DNA of 63,906 nt, the filler included, from an uncultured Methanosarcinales archaeon (GTDB taxonomy: Archaea > Nanobdellota > Nanobdellia > Woesearchaeales > CAZPJY01), in the NCBI GenBank assembly GCA_964587045.1. It is 3 parts of 3 records of this genome, joined end to end, with 100 filler letters (N's around TTAATTAATTAA, not from the genome) between each part and the next. Parts side by side here need not be neighbours in the genome. Positions count along the whole stretch, not along the records: positions 1 to 28,303 come from CAZPJY010000025.1; 2 more parts are not named here. The stretch is one strand, 5' to 3'. The position numbers and the translations under genes are program-made. Numbering within the stretch: position 1 is the first letter of the stretch; each line of letters begins with the position of its first letter. Shown piece after piece: positions 1 through 8,863 of this stretch. Under the pieces are notes generated by a model. That model ran no database searches. It had not been told where the DNA came from and saw only the letters and a program-made list of their open reading frames with translations.

Positions 1-1
1 A

Positions 2-3000
2 ACATCAGGCATAGGAAATCTGGTGAGATGGGATGTGTGGAAGTGCTCAGCCTACGTGACATCAGGGGTCTACGACTTAGGATGGACGAACTCAAGCGCG
101 ACAACCATCGGCAACGCTCCCCCCAAGCCTCCTGTTCTCACGTCGATGGATACGCCGACAACCCTCAATGCCGGTGCGATCCTGGACTGGAACTCCACCG
201 GGGATGACGACAACGACACCGTCATCTACTATGTCGACTACTCCCCCAACGGCGGTGCAGACTGGTACGGGCTGATGGGCCCGACGGGGCCTTCAAACAC
301 CTCCCGCGCAGGCCTCAGCTCCCTGGACCTTATGTTCTTCGGGCCTGACGAGGACACATTCTACCTGAGGTTCCCAAAAGGCGCGGACGTGAAGAACGCC
401 TCGTTCTCGTTCTTTGCGACCAACGGCACAGCCATGCTGACCGAGGACGAACCGCCGGACGCATACATAAGCGCACCGCCATGGGTGCCCGGGATAGACA
501 CTGTCCTGGCAGACTTCAACAACGACAGCCTGCCCGACATGGCGTACGGCCAATGGCTCAACGAGTCTGTCGCCATTAGGTACAACCTGGGAGGAGGATT
601 CGCCAACACGTCGAACACTACAATCAGCAGGTCCTCAGGACTTTTCGGCGTGGTCATGGCAGCCGGGGATTTCGATGGTGACGGACAAAACGACCTCGCT
701 GTCGGCGCACCTGACGGCAACTCGGTATTCATATTCCTCAACGACGGCACCGGCATAACCAACGTATCCAACAGGACGATTTCCCGCCCAGGCAGCATGG
801 GGGACTACATGCTGTCAGGCGACATAGACGACGACGGGTATGATGACCTGTTGGTTGGATCAGGCGATGACAACTCGACCTACATATTCTGGGGTTCAGA
901 CGCAGGCATAGACCCTGATGAAAACACGACGATAGGCTTCGAGGCCAAAGCCCGTTTCAGCGGAGCGGCTCTGGCGGAGTTCTCTTCAGCATCAGGCCTG
1001 GAACTGGTGATCGGAGGGGCAAACGAGACCCGCATCTACTCACTTGCCGGGAGGAACGCTTCGGTATTGATGACATTAACCTTCAGCCCGTCAGTCTTTT
1101 ACGGCGCAAACATCGCTGCTGGAGATTTTAACAGGGACGGCAATGAGGATCTCCTCGTGATGGATTTCGACGACAGCGTCGCCGGGCAGGAGCGCTCGGC
1201 GTTCTACCTGTACTTGGCTTCGGACTCAGGTCTCCCCGCAGGTCCGACGGATACTTGGGAATACTTCAACAACGATTCGCTGACCTATCAGGACTACGGC
1301 TACGGGATGACGGCCCAGGACCTGTTCGGCAGGGGCTATGATGACCTGATATTCCCCCATGTGAACTTCTCGGTGTTCCCAGGCGGGTCCGGAGGGCCGT
1401 CGTTTGCAAGCGCCGCCACCTTGGACCTCCGCGCATGGGACTCGATCAATCTCGTCCGCGTCTCTGACCTGAACAACGACGGAAGGAACGACATGTTAGT
1501 TCCGGCTATCTACAACAACACCTTCCTCGTGTGGCATCTGGACAGCTCCGGCCTGCCGAAGGGTCCGGCCCTCGATGTCGGAGATGACGGCACGTACGAG
1601 TGGAACTACGCGGGAACCCTGCTCTCGTGGTCCTCCAACAACTATTCGGCATCCAACGACCAGACCAAGGACAACGACAGCCTCTATTTCACCATGGAAC
1701 CTGGCTATGAGGTCTGCGCAAACATTTCCCTCAACTCCAGCGTGTTCAACATATCCGTGCTGGTCAACAAGACCCTGAACGGGTCAGCCATCGGTGCAAG
1801 GATCAGGACGATGTCATACGACATCATCGGCATGTCGAACTGCACCTTTGAAGGCATATCCGAGAGCATATTCAACCAGTGGGACTACTGCAACGTCACC
1901 CTCGAGAGAGCGGTCGCAGGCAGCCATTGGGTATGCGTATATGTCGAGAACGGCACTGCGGGACAGGCTTACTACACAGTAGCCGACGATGACGGTACCG
2001 ACCCGGACGGCTCTGTCTTCTACGACGGGTCCTGGTCTGCAGCAAGCGACGCGATGATAAGGGTGAGGCAGGGCATCATGAACCTGACTTATTGGGGTTC
2101 GGAGACATTGCAGAATTACACAAGCGAGGTGCAGGCATACATGTCAGCCAGCTGCCCGTCCTCAGGCCAGACCGCCTGGTGCGACGTCCCGTTCAGGTTC
2201 GAGGCGACCGACGGTGCGGTAAGGGTGTCTGACATCGATACGTACACCACAGGGTTGTGGTGGGGGACGTCATCCCTGGACTCGGGAACTTCGTACTACC
2301 TCAGGGTCGTTCCATACGACGGCATGGACAACGGCACGGCGGCGGTGACAGCCGCCATAACCGTAAGCCACGGCGGCGGGCCGGGAGGGGGCAGCCCCGG
2401 CGGAGGCTCGCCAGGCGGAACCTCCTTCAGCGGGACGTTCTTTCCAGCCCCCTGCGAAGAGCTTTGGGAATGCACACCTTGGAGCGAATGTGTCGGCGGG
2501 AGGCAGACCAGGAGCTGTTCGGACGTGAACGAGTGCGACTCGGAAAATCCCTCGCCGCCCCAGACCGTGATGGCCTGCGAGCTGCCTCCGACCTGCACTG
2601 ACGCCCTCATGAACGGCAACGAGACAGGCATCGACTGCGGCGGCGTCTGCGGCCCCTGCCCCAACTGCTCGGACGGGATTAAGAACGGAAACGAGAAGGG
2701 CGTGGACTGCGGCGGCGTCTGCGGCCCCTGTCCCACCTGTGATGACGGGGTTCAGAACGGGCAAGAGGCAGGTGTGGACTGCGGCGGTCCATGCGATGCC
2801 TGCCCGGCCTGTGATGACGGGGTTCAGAACGGAGATGAGACTGGTGTGGACTGCGGAGGCTCTTGCGGCAGCTGCCCAATCATCGAGGAGCCGCAGCCGA
2901 TGGGCTTTACCATATTCCATTTCCTGATAGCTTTCATACCTCTGGTTCTGATAGGGGCGGTCGCAGGGGCTGTGGTGCTCCACGCGCATCACTCCAAGAT

Positions 3001-3448
3001 GCTGGCGGCAGCCGCAGCGGCGGCGCCTGCAGTTCCGAAAGCCTACCCTGAGCTCGAGGGATACATCATGTACCTGATGACCCTGGGGTACCGAGTCCCG
3101 CAAATCAGGGACCACCTTATCAGGAGGGGCTGGGAAGAGGGGATAGTCCAAAAGGAGTTGAGCATCTCGCAGGAGAAACTGCGCGAGGACAGGGTTGAAA
3201 GGCACATGCTGAGGCTGCTCTCGAAGGCCTACACCTTCCCCCAGGCGGCGGCGTACTTCGAGCAGATGGGATGGAGCGAGGAAAAGCTGCAGGAGATATA
3301 TGAGGACCTGCGCTCGAAGCTGAGGCAGGGCAGGATCCATGCGATACAATATATACTACAAAGCTATCCCCAGCAGCAGAGGCAGCAGGTGCTGCGGGCA
3401 CTGCAGGCCAAGGGGTACTCTGAAGACGAACTGAGGGAGGCGCAATGA
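2..3448 (+). CDS. Large membrane-anchored surface glycoprotein with FG-GAP repeats, Cys-rich repeat stalk, TM helix and cytoplasmic helical repeats; 5'-partial
   Basis: Frame is open from position 2, so the true start lies left of the window. Contains repeated FG-GAP/Ca-loop motifs (ADFNNDSLPD, GDFDGDGQNDLAVGAP, GDIDDDGYDDLLVG, GDFNRDGNEDL, DLNNDGRND), many N-x-S/T sequons, a Gly/Pro linker, CEELWECTPWSEC, four Cys repeats and the TM segment FHFLIAFIPLVLIGAVAGAVVL. Confidence 0.85.
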   Translation, partial: TSGIGNLVRWDVWKCSAYVTSGVYDLGWTNSSATTIGNAPPKPPVLTSMDTPTTLNAGAILDWNSTGDDDNDTVIYYVDYSPNGGADWYGLMGPTGPSNTSRAGLSSLDLMFFGPDEDTFYLRFPKGADVKNASFSFFATNGTAMLTEDEPPDAYISAPPWVPGIDTVLADFNNDSLPDMAYGQWLNESVAIRYNLGGGFANTSNTTISRSSGLFGVVMAAGDFDGDGQNDLAVGAPDGNSVFIFLNDGTGITNVSNRTISRPGSMGDYMLSGDIDDDGYDDLLVGSGDDNSTYIFWGSDAGIDPDENTTIGFEAKARFSGAALAEFSSASGLELVIGGANETRIYSLAGRNASVLMTLTFSPSVFYGANIAAGDFNRDGNEDLLVMDFDDSVAGQERSAFYLYLASDSGLPAGPTDTWEYFNNDSLTYQDYGYGMTAQDLFGRGYDDLIFPHVNFSVFPGGSGGPSFASAATLDLRAWDSINLVRVSDLNNDGRNDMLVPAIYNNTFLVWHLDSSGLPKGPALDVGDDGTYEWNYAGTLLSWSSNNYSASNDQTKDNDSLYFTMEPGYEVCANISLNSSVFNISVLVNKTLNGSAIGARIRTMSYDIIGMSNCTFEGISESIFNQWDYCNVTLERAVAGSHWVCVYVENGTAGQAYYTVADDDGTDPDGSVFYDGSWSAASDAMIRVRQGIMNLTYWGSETLQNYTSEVQAYMSASCPSSGQTAWCDVPFRFEATDGAVRVSDIDTYTTGLWWGTSSLDSGTSYYLRVVPYDGMDNGTAAVTAAITVSHGGGPGGGSPGGGSPGGTSFSGTFFPAPCEELWECTPWSECVGGRQTRSCSDVNECDSENPSPPQTVMACELPPTCTDALMNGNETGIDCGGVCGPCPNCSDGIKNGNEKGVDCGGVCGPCPTCDDGVQNGQEAGVDCGGPCDACPACDDGVQNGDETGVDCGGSCGSCPIIEEPQPMGFTIFHFLIAFIPLVLIGAVAGAVVLHAHHSKMLAAAAAAAPAVPKAYPELEGYIMYLMTLGYRVPQIRDHLIRRGWEEGIVQKELSISQEKLREDRVERHMLRLLSKAYTFPQAAAYFEQMGWSEEKLQEIYEDLRSKLRQGRIHAIQYILQSYPQQQRQQVLRALQAKGYSEDELREAQ
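2594..2876 (+). repeat. Four tandem 72-nt (24-aa) coding repeats, CxDGxxNGxExGxDCGGxCxxC
   Basis: CTDALMNGNETGIDCGGVCGPC / CSDGIKNGNEKGVDCGGVCGPC / CDDGVQNGQEAGVDCGGPCDAC / CDDGVQNGDETGVDCGGSCGSC; the DNA gactgcggcgg recurs. Confidence 0.95.
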
Positions 3449-4554
3449 GCAAGGCGATGGAACTGACGGCTTTCGACATCCACCACCTGGTTGGGGAGAT
3501 GCAGGTCCTGGTTAGGGGGAAGGTTGACAAGGTCTTCCAGGAAGACGACCTGTTCCAGCTGTCCATGCACGTGCCCGGCGTGGGGAAGAGGATGCTGACG
3601 ATAAGCCTCCCCTCCATGATGTATATGGATACCGAGAAGCTCAACTTCCCGGAAACCCCACCCTACTTTTGCATGCAACTGAGGAAAAGACTGGCCGGAA
3701 AGAGGCTGGAGGAGGTCAGGCAGCTCGGATATGAGAGGGTGGTCTCGCTCTCATTCGGAGAGCATGCCCTGATAGTCGAGCTCTTCTCGAAAGGCAACAT
3801 CATCCTGCTTGACGCCCAAGGGATGATAATATCGGCTATGAGGTCCCAGCACTGGTCCCAGAGGATAATCAAGAAGAGGCAGGAGTACAAAGCACCGGAA
3901 GGAGTGCGGGACGTATTCTCCATGGGAGAGGAACAGTTCCGCGAGGTGATGGAATCGTCGAAGAAGGACTCGGTAGTAAAAGCTTTGGCCATCGACCTTC
4001 ACCTCGGAGGGTACTACGCAGAGGAGGCCATGGGGAGGGCCAAGCTGGACAAGGGCCTCGCCCGGATCAGCGGGCAGGGGCAAAAGCTATACGAGGCCGT
4101 ACTCTCAATCACCTCTGCAAAGCCGTCACCGGGAATATACGAGCTTCCAGACGGGACCAAGAAGGCCTTCCCGATCAGGATGCACACGCTTCAGGGCCAG
4201 AAGAGGGACTCATTCAACGCCGCGGTAAAAGAGCTGGCTTTGACAGTGCTCACGACCCACGCAGTTGAGGAGAAGAGGTCGGGGATCAAAAAGAGGATCG
4301 ACAGGAACGAGCAGGTGATAAGGAGCCAGCAGGAGACTATCGCCCAACTGGAGGAATCAATCAGGGAAAACACTGCAAGGGCCGAGGCAATATATGAGGA
4401 ATACCAGGCAGTAGCTGACCTTATCAGGGAGATACGCGAGGCCAAGAGCCGCCTCGGATGGGAAGAGGTCAAGAAGAGACTCAAAGGCCACAAGACCGTT
4501 AAGGCTGTGAACCCAAAGGAGAACAAAGTATCAGTCGAGCTGAAGAAGAGGTGA
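3445..4554 (+). CDS. Rqc2/NFACT (fibronectin-binding-like) family protein, N-terminal half only
   Basis: FCMQLRKRL, RQLGYERVV and LIVELFSKGNIILLD are typical of NFACT-N. They are followed by an HhH-like segment and one coiled coil. At 369 aa, no NFACT-R domain is visible. Confidence 0.8.
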   Translation: MSKAMELTAFDIHHLVGEMQVLVRGKVDKVFQEDDLFQLSMHVPGVGKRMLTISLPSMMYMDTEKLNFPETPPYFCMQLRKRLAGKRLEEVRQLGYERVVSLSFGEHALIVELFSKGNIILLDAQGMIISAMRSQHWSQRIIKKRQEYKAPEGVRDVFSMGEEQFREVMESSKKDSVVKALAIDLHLGGYYAEEAMGRAKLDKGLARISGQGQKLYEAVLSITSAKPSPGIYELPDGTKKAFPIRMHTLQGQKRDSFNAAVKELALTVLTTHAVEEKRSGIKKRIDRNEQVIRSQQETIAQLEESIRENTARAEAIYEEYQAVADLIREIREAKSRLGWEEVKKRLKGHKTVKAVNPKENKVSVELKKR

Positions 4555-4561
4555 AACGCAG

Positions 4562-5098
4562 GTGGGACTTTTCGAGGACAATCTCACTATCAAGGTGATC
4601 ATGGCAATAGAGTTCATAAAGGTGAGGCTGTCTACAGGCGAGGCTTTGGAGTCCATTGCGACCCACGTGGCAGAAGGGGGGTTCGGTAAGCTCTCTCAAC
4701 TGTTTTCCAGTGCGCTGGGCCGCGCCAGCATCGGAGGCGACATCCGAGAAGAGCTCGAAAGCCTTAGGGACTCTACCAAGCATTCGGGCCTAAAACGCGT
4801 GCTATCAATCCTTCTGGATGAGGAAGGCGAAGTCGTACCCCTCCTTGACGACCTCTCAAATGACCTGCTGGCCGAGAGGCAACAGAGCGTCAACACATTT
4901 CTCACCAGGTTCGAACAGTTCTCAGGATGGCCTGTCAAGCTCGCCGTAGCGGGATTGGGTGTGCTCGCGCTGGACATGCTGGCTGGCATTGAGGGGCTCA
5001 GCGCACTCGCGTTCGACTCGAGGTTCAAGACCGTGCTCTACGGGGCGATTGCCGCGCTCATATTGCTGAGCATGGTATCTATGAGGTACAAAGAATGA
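4562..5098 (+). CDS. Type II secretion F / TadB-TadC-like membrane platform protein
   Basis: GTG start with gaggtga SD. Helical cytoplasmic domain followed by two TM helices; lies upstream of a secretion ATPase. Confidence 0.6.
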   Translation: MGLFEDNLTIKVIMAIEFIKVRLSTGEALESIATHVAEGGFGKLSQLFSSALGRASIGGDIREELESLRDSTKHSGLKRVLSILLDEEGEVVPLLDDLSNDLLAERQQSVNTFLTRFEQFSGWPVKLAVAGLGVLALDMLAGIEGLSALAFDSRFKTVLYGAIAALILLSMVSMRYKE

Positions 5099-5787
5099 AC
5101 GCCGCATTGGGACTGGGGCTGCTGTTCATCACGATGATGCTGTTCTTGGTATACCTGGTGTTCGATTCGAGAATCAGGGGCTTCGAAAAAGACCTGATAA
5201 ACGCCATCAGGAGCATATCCCAGCTAATGTCTGCGGACGAGTCGCTGCACTCGGCCCTGGTAAAGTACTCCGCAAAGCACCATGACTCCTTTTCGAAGCT
5301 CTGCGCTCATCTGCTGGCGGAAGTCAGGTCAGGTTCGTCGCTTCCCGATGTCCTCGAGGAAGCCGCTTCCCGCAGCGACTCCTTCCTGCTGCGTTATTTT
5401 TTCGGGATCATCGCACACGCCGAAAGGAAGGAAGGGGACGTCGCAGGGGTGCTGCGGCCGCTTTCGGAAAGGATAGGGGCCCTCAAAGAGATGGAAGGCA
5501 AGGTCCTCTCCGAACTGGACCCCCAGGTGACCATGCTCCATGTTATCGGGGTCGCCTTGATGCCCTTCCTATTCATATATACCGCGGGCGTGCTCGACCT
5601 TGCGCTGACAGGGCCAGTTTGGTTCTTCCTCTACTTCACGCTTGCGCTGTACGTCCTCTTCGACTGGATCGCCTTCGGGGACTGGAGAAAATCTTTAATA
5701 CAGGCACCGCTGTTCATAATGGTGTTTTGGGCGGTGACGGCCCTGCTCGGGCCGATAGTTGTAAACCTTTTCGGGAACATATTTTAA
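5095..5787 (+). CDS. Type II secretion F / TadB-TadC-like membrane platform protein
   Basis: N-terminal TM, T2SSF-like pattern (SLHSAL...EVRSGSSLPDVLEEAA), three C-terminal TM helices. Confidence 0.7.
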   Translation: MNAALGLGLLFITMMLFLVYLVFDSRIRGFEKDLINAIRSISQLMSADESLHSALVKYSAKHHDSFSKLCAHLLAEVRSGSSLPDVLEEAASRSDSFLLRYFFGIIAHAERKEGDVAGVLRPLSERIGALKEMEGKVLSELDPQVTMLHVIGVALMPFLFIYTAGVLDLALTGPVWFFLYFTLALYVLFDWIAFGDWRKSLIQAPLFIMVFWAVTALLGPIVVNLFGNIF

Positions 5788-7002
5788 ATGGCAGAAGAAC
5801 TGATAGACCAGTACGGTCGGGTTAGGATAGTGAAAAGGGGTGGTGAATATTTCTATTCACTTGATGCCGCCCCCGGGTCGTTTGCGGAAATAATTGACGC
5901 TTTGCTCGAGGACCGCCAGACAGAGGAGATAATGTACGACGGCCCAAACCAGCCGGTCAAGGTCTATCACGTGAGGTTCGGCATACTCAATACAGACTTC
6001 AACGCCGAAGAGTGGGACGTTGCGTCCTTCATCCAGGAGCTGGGCGGCGACAAGCAGTTCGTCGACGCCAACTACAAGGGCGCGAGGCTCAACGCCACAA
6101 GGCCCCCGGCGACGGAGAATGTCGTGGTGACCATCCGCAAGTTCCTCCACCACTCGCTCGCCCTTCCGGATCTTGTGGATTCCGGCATGCTCTCGCCCGA
6201 CGCCGCTGCCTTCATCTGGACGGCAATTGACAACCCCGGCAAGCCTTGCAGCATAATAGTGTCAGGAGGCACAGCGAGCGGTAAGACCACCCTTCTTCAG
6301 GTGCTGCTGCGCCTGCTCCCCAGAAAGCTGAGAGTTATCACGATCGAGGACACAAAGGAGCTCGACCTGCCGCAGCCGAACATCGTTCCCATGCACGCAG
6401 AGGACGGCATCTCAATGGATGACCTCCTCAAGAACTCCCTTCGCATGAGGCCGGACAGGCTGGTGGTCGGCGAGGTTAGGGGGGCTGAGGCGAACACACT
6501 CTTTTCAGCCATGAACACTGGGCATGAGGGATGCTTTGGCACCCTGCACGCGAACACGACCAAGGAGACTGTAACGCGCATCACCACTCCGCCCATGGAC
6601 GTCCCCAAGAGGATGCTCTCATCCCTGGACCTGATAATAGTGCTGCGCAAGTTCGGCAGCACGCGGGTGGTCTTCGAGATAAGCGAGATCGTGGCCTCTG
6701 CCGACGTGCGCTTCAACACCCTATGGAGCTACGACCCCAAGACCAAGAAGCTTGTGAGCACCCAGATACCCAGCAGGCTCAGGGAGAGGATTTCGGAGCG
6801 AAACGGCATAACGCCTCTCGAGTTCGACATGATCATCACCCACCGCATGCTTTCGCTGAAGAACCACGGGAACTCCCTGATCAAGGGGCTTTCAGACTCA
6901 AATTTCTCAAGCCTGATGGATGAGATCAGGAAGGAAGAGAAGAGGGCTGGCGAAAAGGAGAATCTGGTCGACAGGTTCAGGGCTTTCCTGCGACTTTACT
7001 GA
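5788..7002 (+). CDS. CpaF/TadA/VirB11-family secretion ATPase
   Basis: Walker A GGTASGKTT, Asp box TIEDTKEL, LRMRPDRLVVGEVRG, His box MNTGH...TLHA. Confidence 0.93.
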   Translation: MAEELIDQYGRVRIVKRGGEYFYSLDAAPGSFAEIIDALLEDRQTEEIMYDGPNQPVKVYHVRFGILNTDFNAEEWDVASFIQELGGDKQFVDANYKGARLNATRPPATENVVVTIRKFLHHSLALPDLVDSGMLSPDAAAFIWTAIDNPGKPCSIIVSGGTASGKTTLLQVLLRLLPRKLRVITIEDTKELDLPQPNIVPMHAEDGISMDDLLKNSLRMRPDRLVVGEVRGAEANTLFSAMNTGHEGCFGTLHANTTKETVTRITTPPMDVPKRMLSSLDLIIVLRKFGSTRVVFEISEIVASADVRFNTLWSYDPKTKKLVSTQIPSRLRERISERNGITPLEFDMIITHRMLSLKNHGNSLIKGLSDSNFSSLMDEIRKEEKRAGEKENLVDRFRAFLRLY

Positions 7003-8260
7003 TGGCCTCGTCCAATGAGAGGAGGGACTCTTCACCAGACTCCATGTTGCGGAGCTTAACCTTTTTCTGCTTGAGCTCGTCCTCGCCGGCGAAGACCACG
7101 TAAGGTATGCCAAAGGAGTTGGCGAACTTAAGGTTCTTGGATATACCCCGGCCCATGATGTCGATGTCTGTGGGTATGCCCGCTTGCCGGAAACGCTTCG
7201 CTATTGCGATGCACTCCTTTTGCGTGCCGATCGGGATGATGTAGACCTTGACAACGCTCTTTTTCTTGGAGGCAGCATCCTTCATGGCGTCGGTTATCAC
7301 CTCGAGCCCGAACGCGATGCCTGTCGCCGGGTAATCGTCGGGTTGGCCGACGAACTGGCCGACCATGCGGTCGTACCTGCCTCCGCCAGCGGCCGCTGAC
7401 TTGATGTTGGAGCCCTTTAGGAATATCTCAAAGACAGGTCCTGTGTAGTATGCGAGGCCCCTCGCTAGCGATGGGTCGAACGTGACCTCAATGCCTTCGA
7501 GGAAGGAAAGGAGCTCTTCCATCTCGGCGATGCCCTGCTTGCCGCTCTCGCTGGTCAGGAATGATTTCAGGTTGTCGAGAGTCGTCTCATTGCTATCCCT
7601 GCATTCTATCGCGCCGAGGATCCTGGTTATTGAATCGTCGCTCACACCCTTCTCCTCGAGCTCTTTCCTGACAGCGTCGATGCCGTACTTCTCGAGCTTG
7701 TCGATGGAGAGGATCGCGTCGATACGCTTCTTGGCCGGGACCCCTGCGAAGTCCAGGATGCCGTCGATGAGCTTCCTGCTGCTGACCTTTATTTCAACAG
7801 GCATGCCCAGCTCGGAGAACACAGCGGAAGACAGTGTGAGCACCTCGGCGTCTGCCATCAGGCTCTTGGACCCGACGATGTCAACATCGCACTGCCAGAA
7901 CTCCCTGTACCTCCCTAGCTTAATCGGCCCGTCCCTGTAGACCCTCCCTATCTCGTAGCGCTTGAAAGGCATCTTCAGGTTGGGGTTCATGCCGACGAAG
8001 CGGGAGAGGGGCACCGTGAGGTCGTAGCGAAGGCAAAGGTCCCTGCCTCCCTGGTCTGTGAGCCTGAAAACCTCCTTGAGGATCTCTGAGCCTCCGGCGT
8101 ACTTGGACGCCAGGACGTCGTACCGTTCCACTATGGGAGTCTCTAGGGGGTTGAACCCGAACCTCTCGAAGATCCTCCTGAGGGTGTCGATTACCTGCTG
8201 CCTGAGAATCATCTCCTCAGGGGGGAAGTCCCTGACCCCTTTCGCTGTCGATAGCTCCAT
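6977..8260 (-). CDS. hisS: Histidine--tRNA ligase
   Basis: KGVRDF, LRYDLT, GRYREFWQCDVD, LARGLAYYTG and GGGRYD motifs plus a C-terminal anticodon-binding domain. ggtga SD. Confidence 0.97.
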   Translation of the reverse strand: MELSTAKGVRDFPPEEMILRQQVIDTLRRIFERFGFNPLETPIVERYDVLASKYAGGSEILKEVFRLTDQGGRDLCLRYDLTVPLSRFVGMNPNLKMPFKRYEIGRVYRDGPIKLGRYREFWQCDVDIVGSKSLMADAEVLTLSSAVFSELGMPVEIKVSSRKLIDGILDFAGVPAKKRIDAILSIDKLEKYGIDAVRKELEEKGVSDDSITRILGAIECRDSNETTLDNLKSFLTSESGKQGIAEMEELLSFLEGIEVTFDPSLARGLAYYTGPVFEIFLKGSNIKSAAAGGGRYDRMVGQFVGQPDDYPATGIAFGLEVITDAMKDAASKKKSVVKVYIIPIGTQKECIAIAKRFRQAGIPTDIDIMGRGISKNLKFANSFGIPYVVFAGEDELKQKKVKLRNMESGEESLLSLDEAISKVAGKP

Positions 8261-8275
8261 TCACATCACCGTTAG

Positions 8276-8349
8276 GGCGGTACCCGGGATTTGAACCCGG
8301 ACCAGAGGATCCACAGTCCCATATGCTGCCAGATTACACCAATACCGCC
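8276..8349 (-). tRNA. tRNA-His(GTG) with encoded G-1; CCA not encoded
   Basis: Reverse complement folds as a cloverleaf: G-GCGGTAT TG GTGT AATCTGGCA GCAT A TGGGA CTGTGGA TCCTC TGGT CCGGG TTCAAAT CCCGG GTACCGC C. The G-1:C73 pair is the His identity element. Confidence 0.96.
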
Positions 8350-8376
8350 GTGTTGAGTTTTTGAAAGAGTTAGAAC

Positions 8377-8384
8377 TAGATAAA
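8377..8384 (-). promoter_or_regulatory. Putative TATA box for tRNA-His/hisS
   Basis: TTTATCTA on the minus strand, about 28 nt upstream of the tRNA 5' end. Confidence 0.5.
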
Positions 8385-8553
8385 TCTTGCCCAACAATGA
8401 AGACAATCAACTCGTTTCATGATATCAGGGGGAGGGCAGGCCTCCTTTTTAAAGTTTTTGCACTTTTCCGGAATTCGGACGGCAAAATGTGCGCAAGCCA
8501 TTTATTGCCTCCATCCGGCCTCTGAACAGTCCGCCGAGGACGGAGGTGAGAAC

Positions 8554-8724
8554 ATGGGTCTGAGCAACAGGAAAGAGGACCAGCTGCGCAAGATGCCGGT
8601 GATAGACACGAAAGTGTTCAAGAGCAAGGATGGCAAGCTTCTGGTCCACAAGACGACCATCACGTCTTTTAAGCCCATAGCCTACTATGAGGCTGTGATT
8701 TCTGGAGAGACTGAAGAGGCATGA
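8554..8724 (+). CDS. Small hypothetical protein (56 aa)
   Basis: Strong SD ggaggtga precedes ATG 8554 (MGLSNRKEDQLRKMPVIDTKVFKSKDGK...). The longer 8419 start in the ORF track runs through intergenic-looking sequence. Confidence 0.75.
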   Translation: MGLSNRKEDQLRKMPVIDTKVFKSKDGKLLVHKTTITSFKPIAYYEAVISGETEEA

Positions 8725-8731
8725 GAAAGGT

Positions 8732-8840
8732 GACGGCTTTCCGAGCTTCCTGTTCGAAGAACAGTACCACACGGAACGGTGACCTGCTTGACTTCCGAGT
8801 TCGAAATGGGATCGGGTAGGACCAGGTCCCTATGGCCGTC
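8732..8840 (-). rRNA. rrf: 5S rRNA, stand-alone, about 109 nt
   Basis: Reverse complement GACGGCCATAGGGACCTG...CCCGATCCCATTTCGAACTCGGAAGTCAAGCAGGTCACC...GTACTG...GGAAAGCCGTC. Helix I is GACGGC/GCCGTC, helix II has the bulged A, and the loop C CGAAC signature is present. Confidence 0.92.
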
Positions 8841-8863
8841 TGTGTGGGGGGAAGCCGTCTTCC

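Noticed and set aside
2594..2876. Regularly spaced DNA repeats as a possible CRISPR array
   Set aside because: 72-nt in-frame coding repeats with synonymous variation and no unique spacers; no cas genes in the window.
2270..3349. Long antisense ORFs (also 11346-12212, 12335-13054, 14433-15188, 45954-46715)
   Set aside because: They shadow well-supported genes on the opposite strand and have no motifs of their own.
8261..8349. T-box or tRNA-mimic leader upstream of hisS
   Set aside because: The element is a complete canonical tRNA-His with G-1:C73, and no T-box motif is visible.
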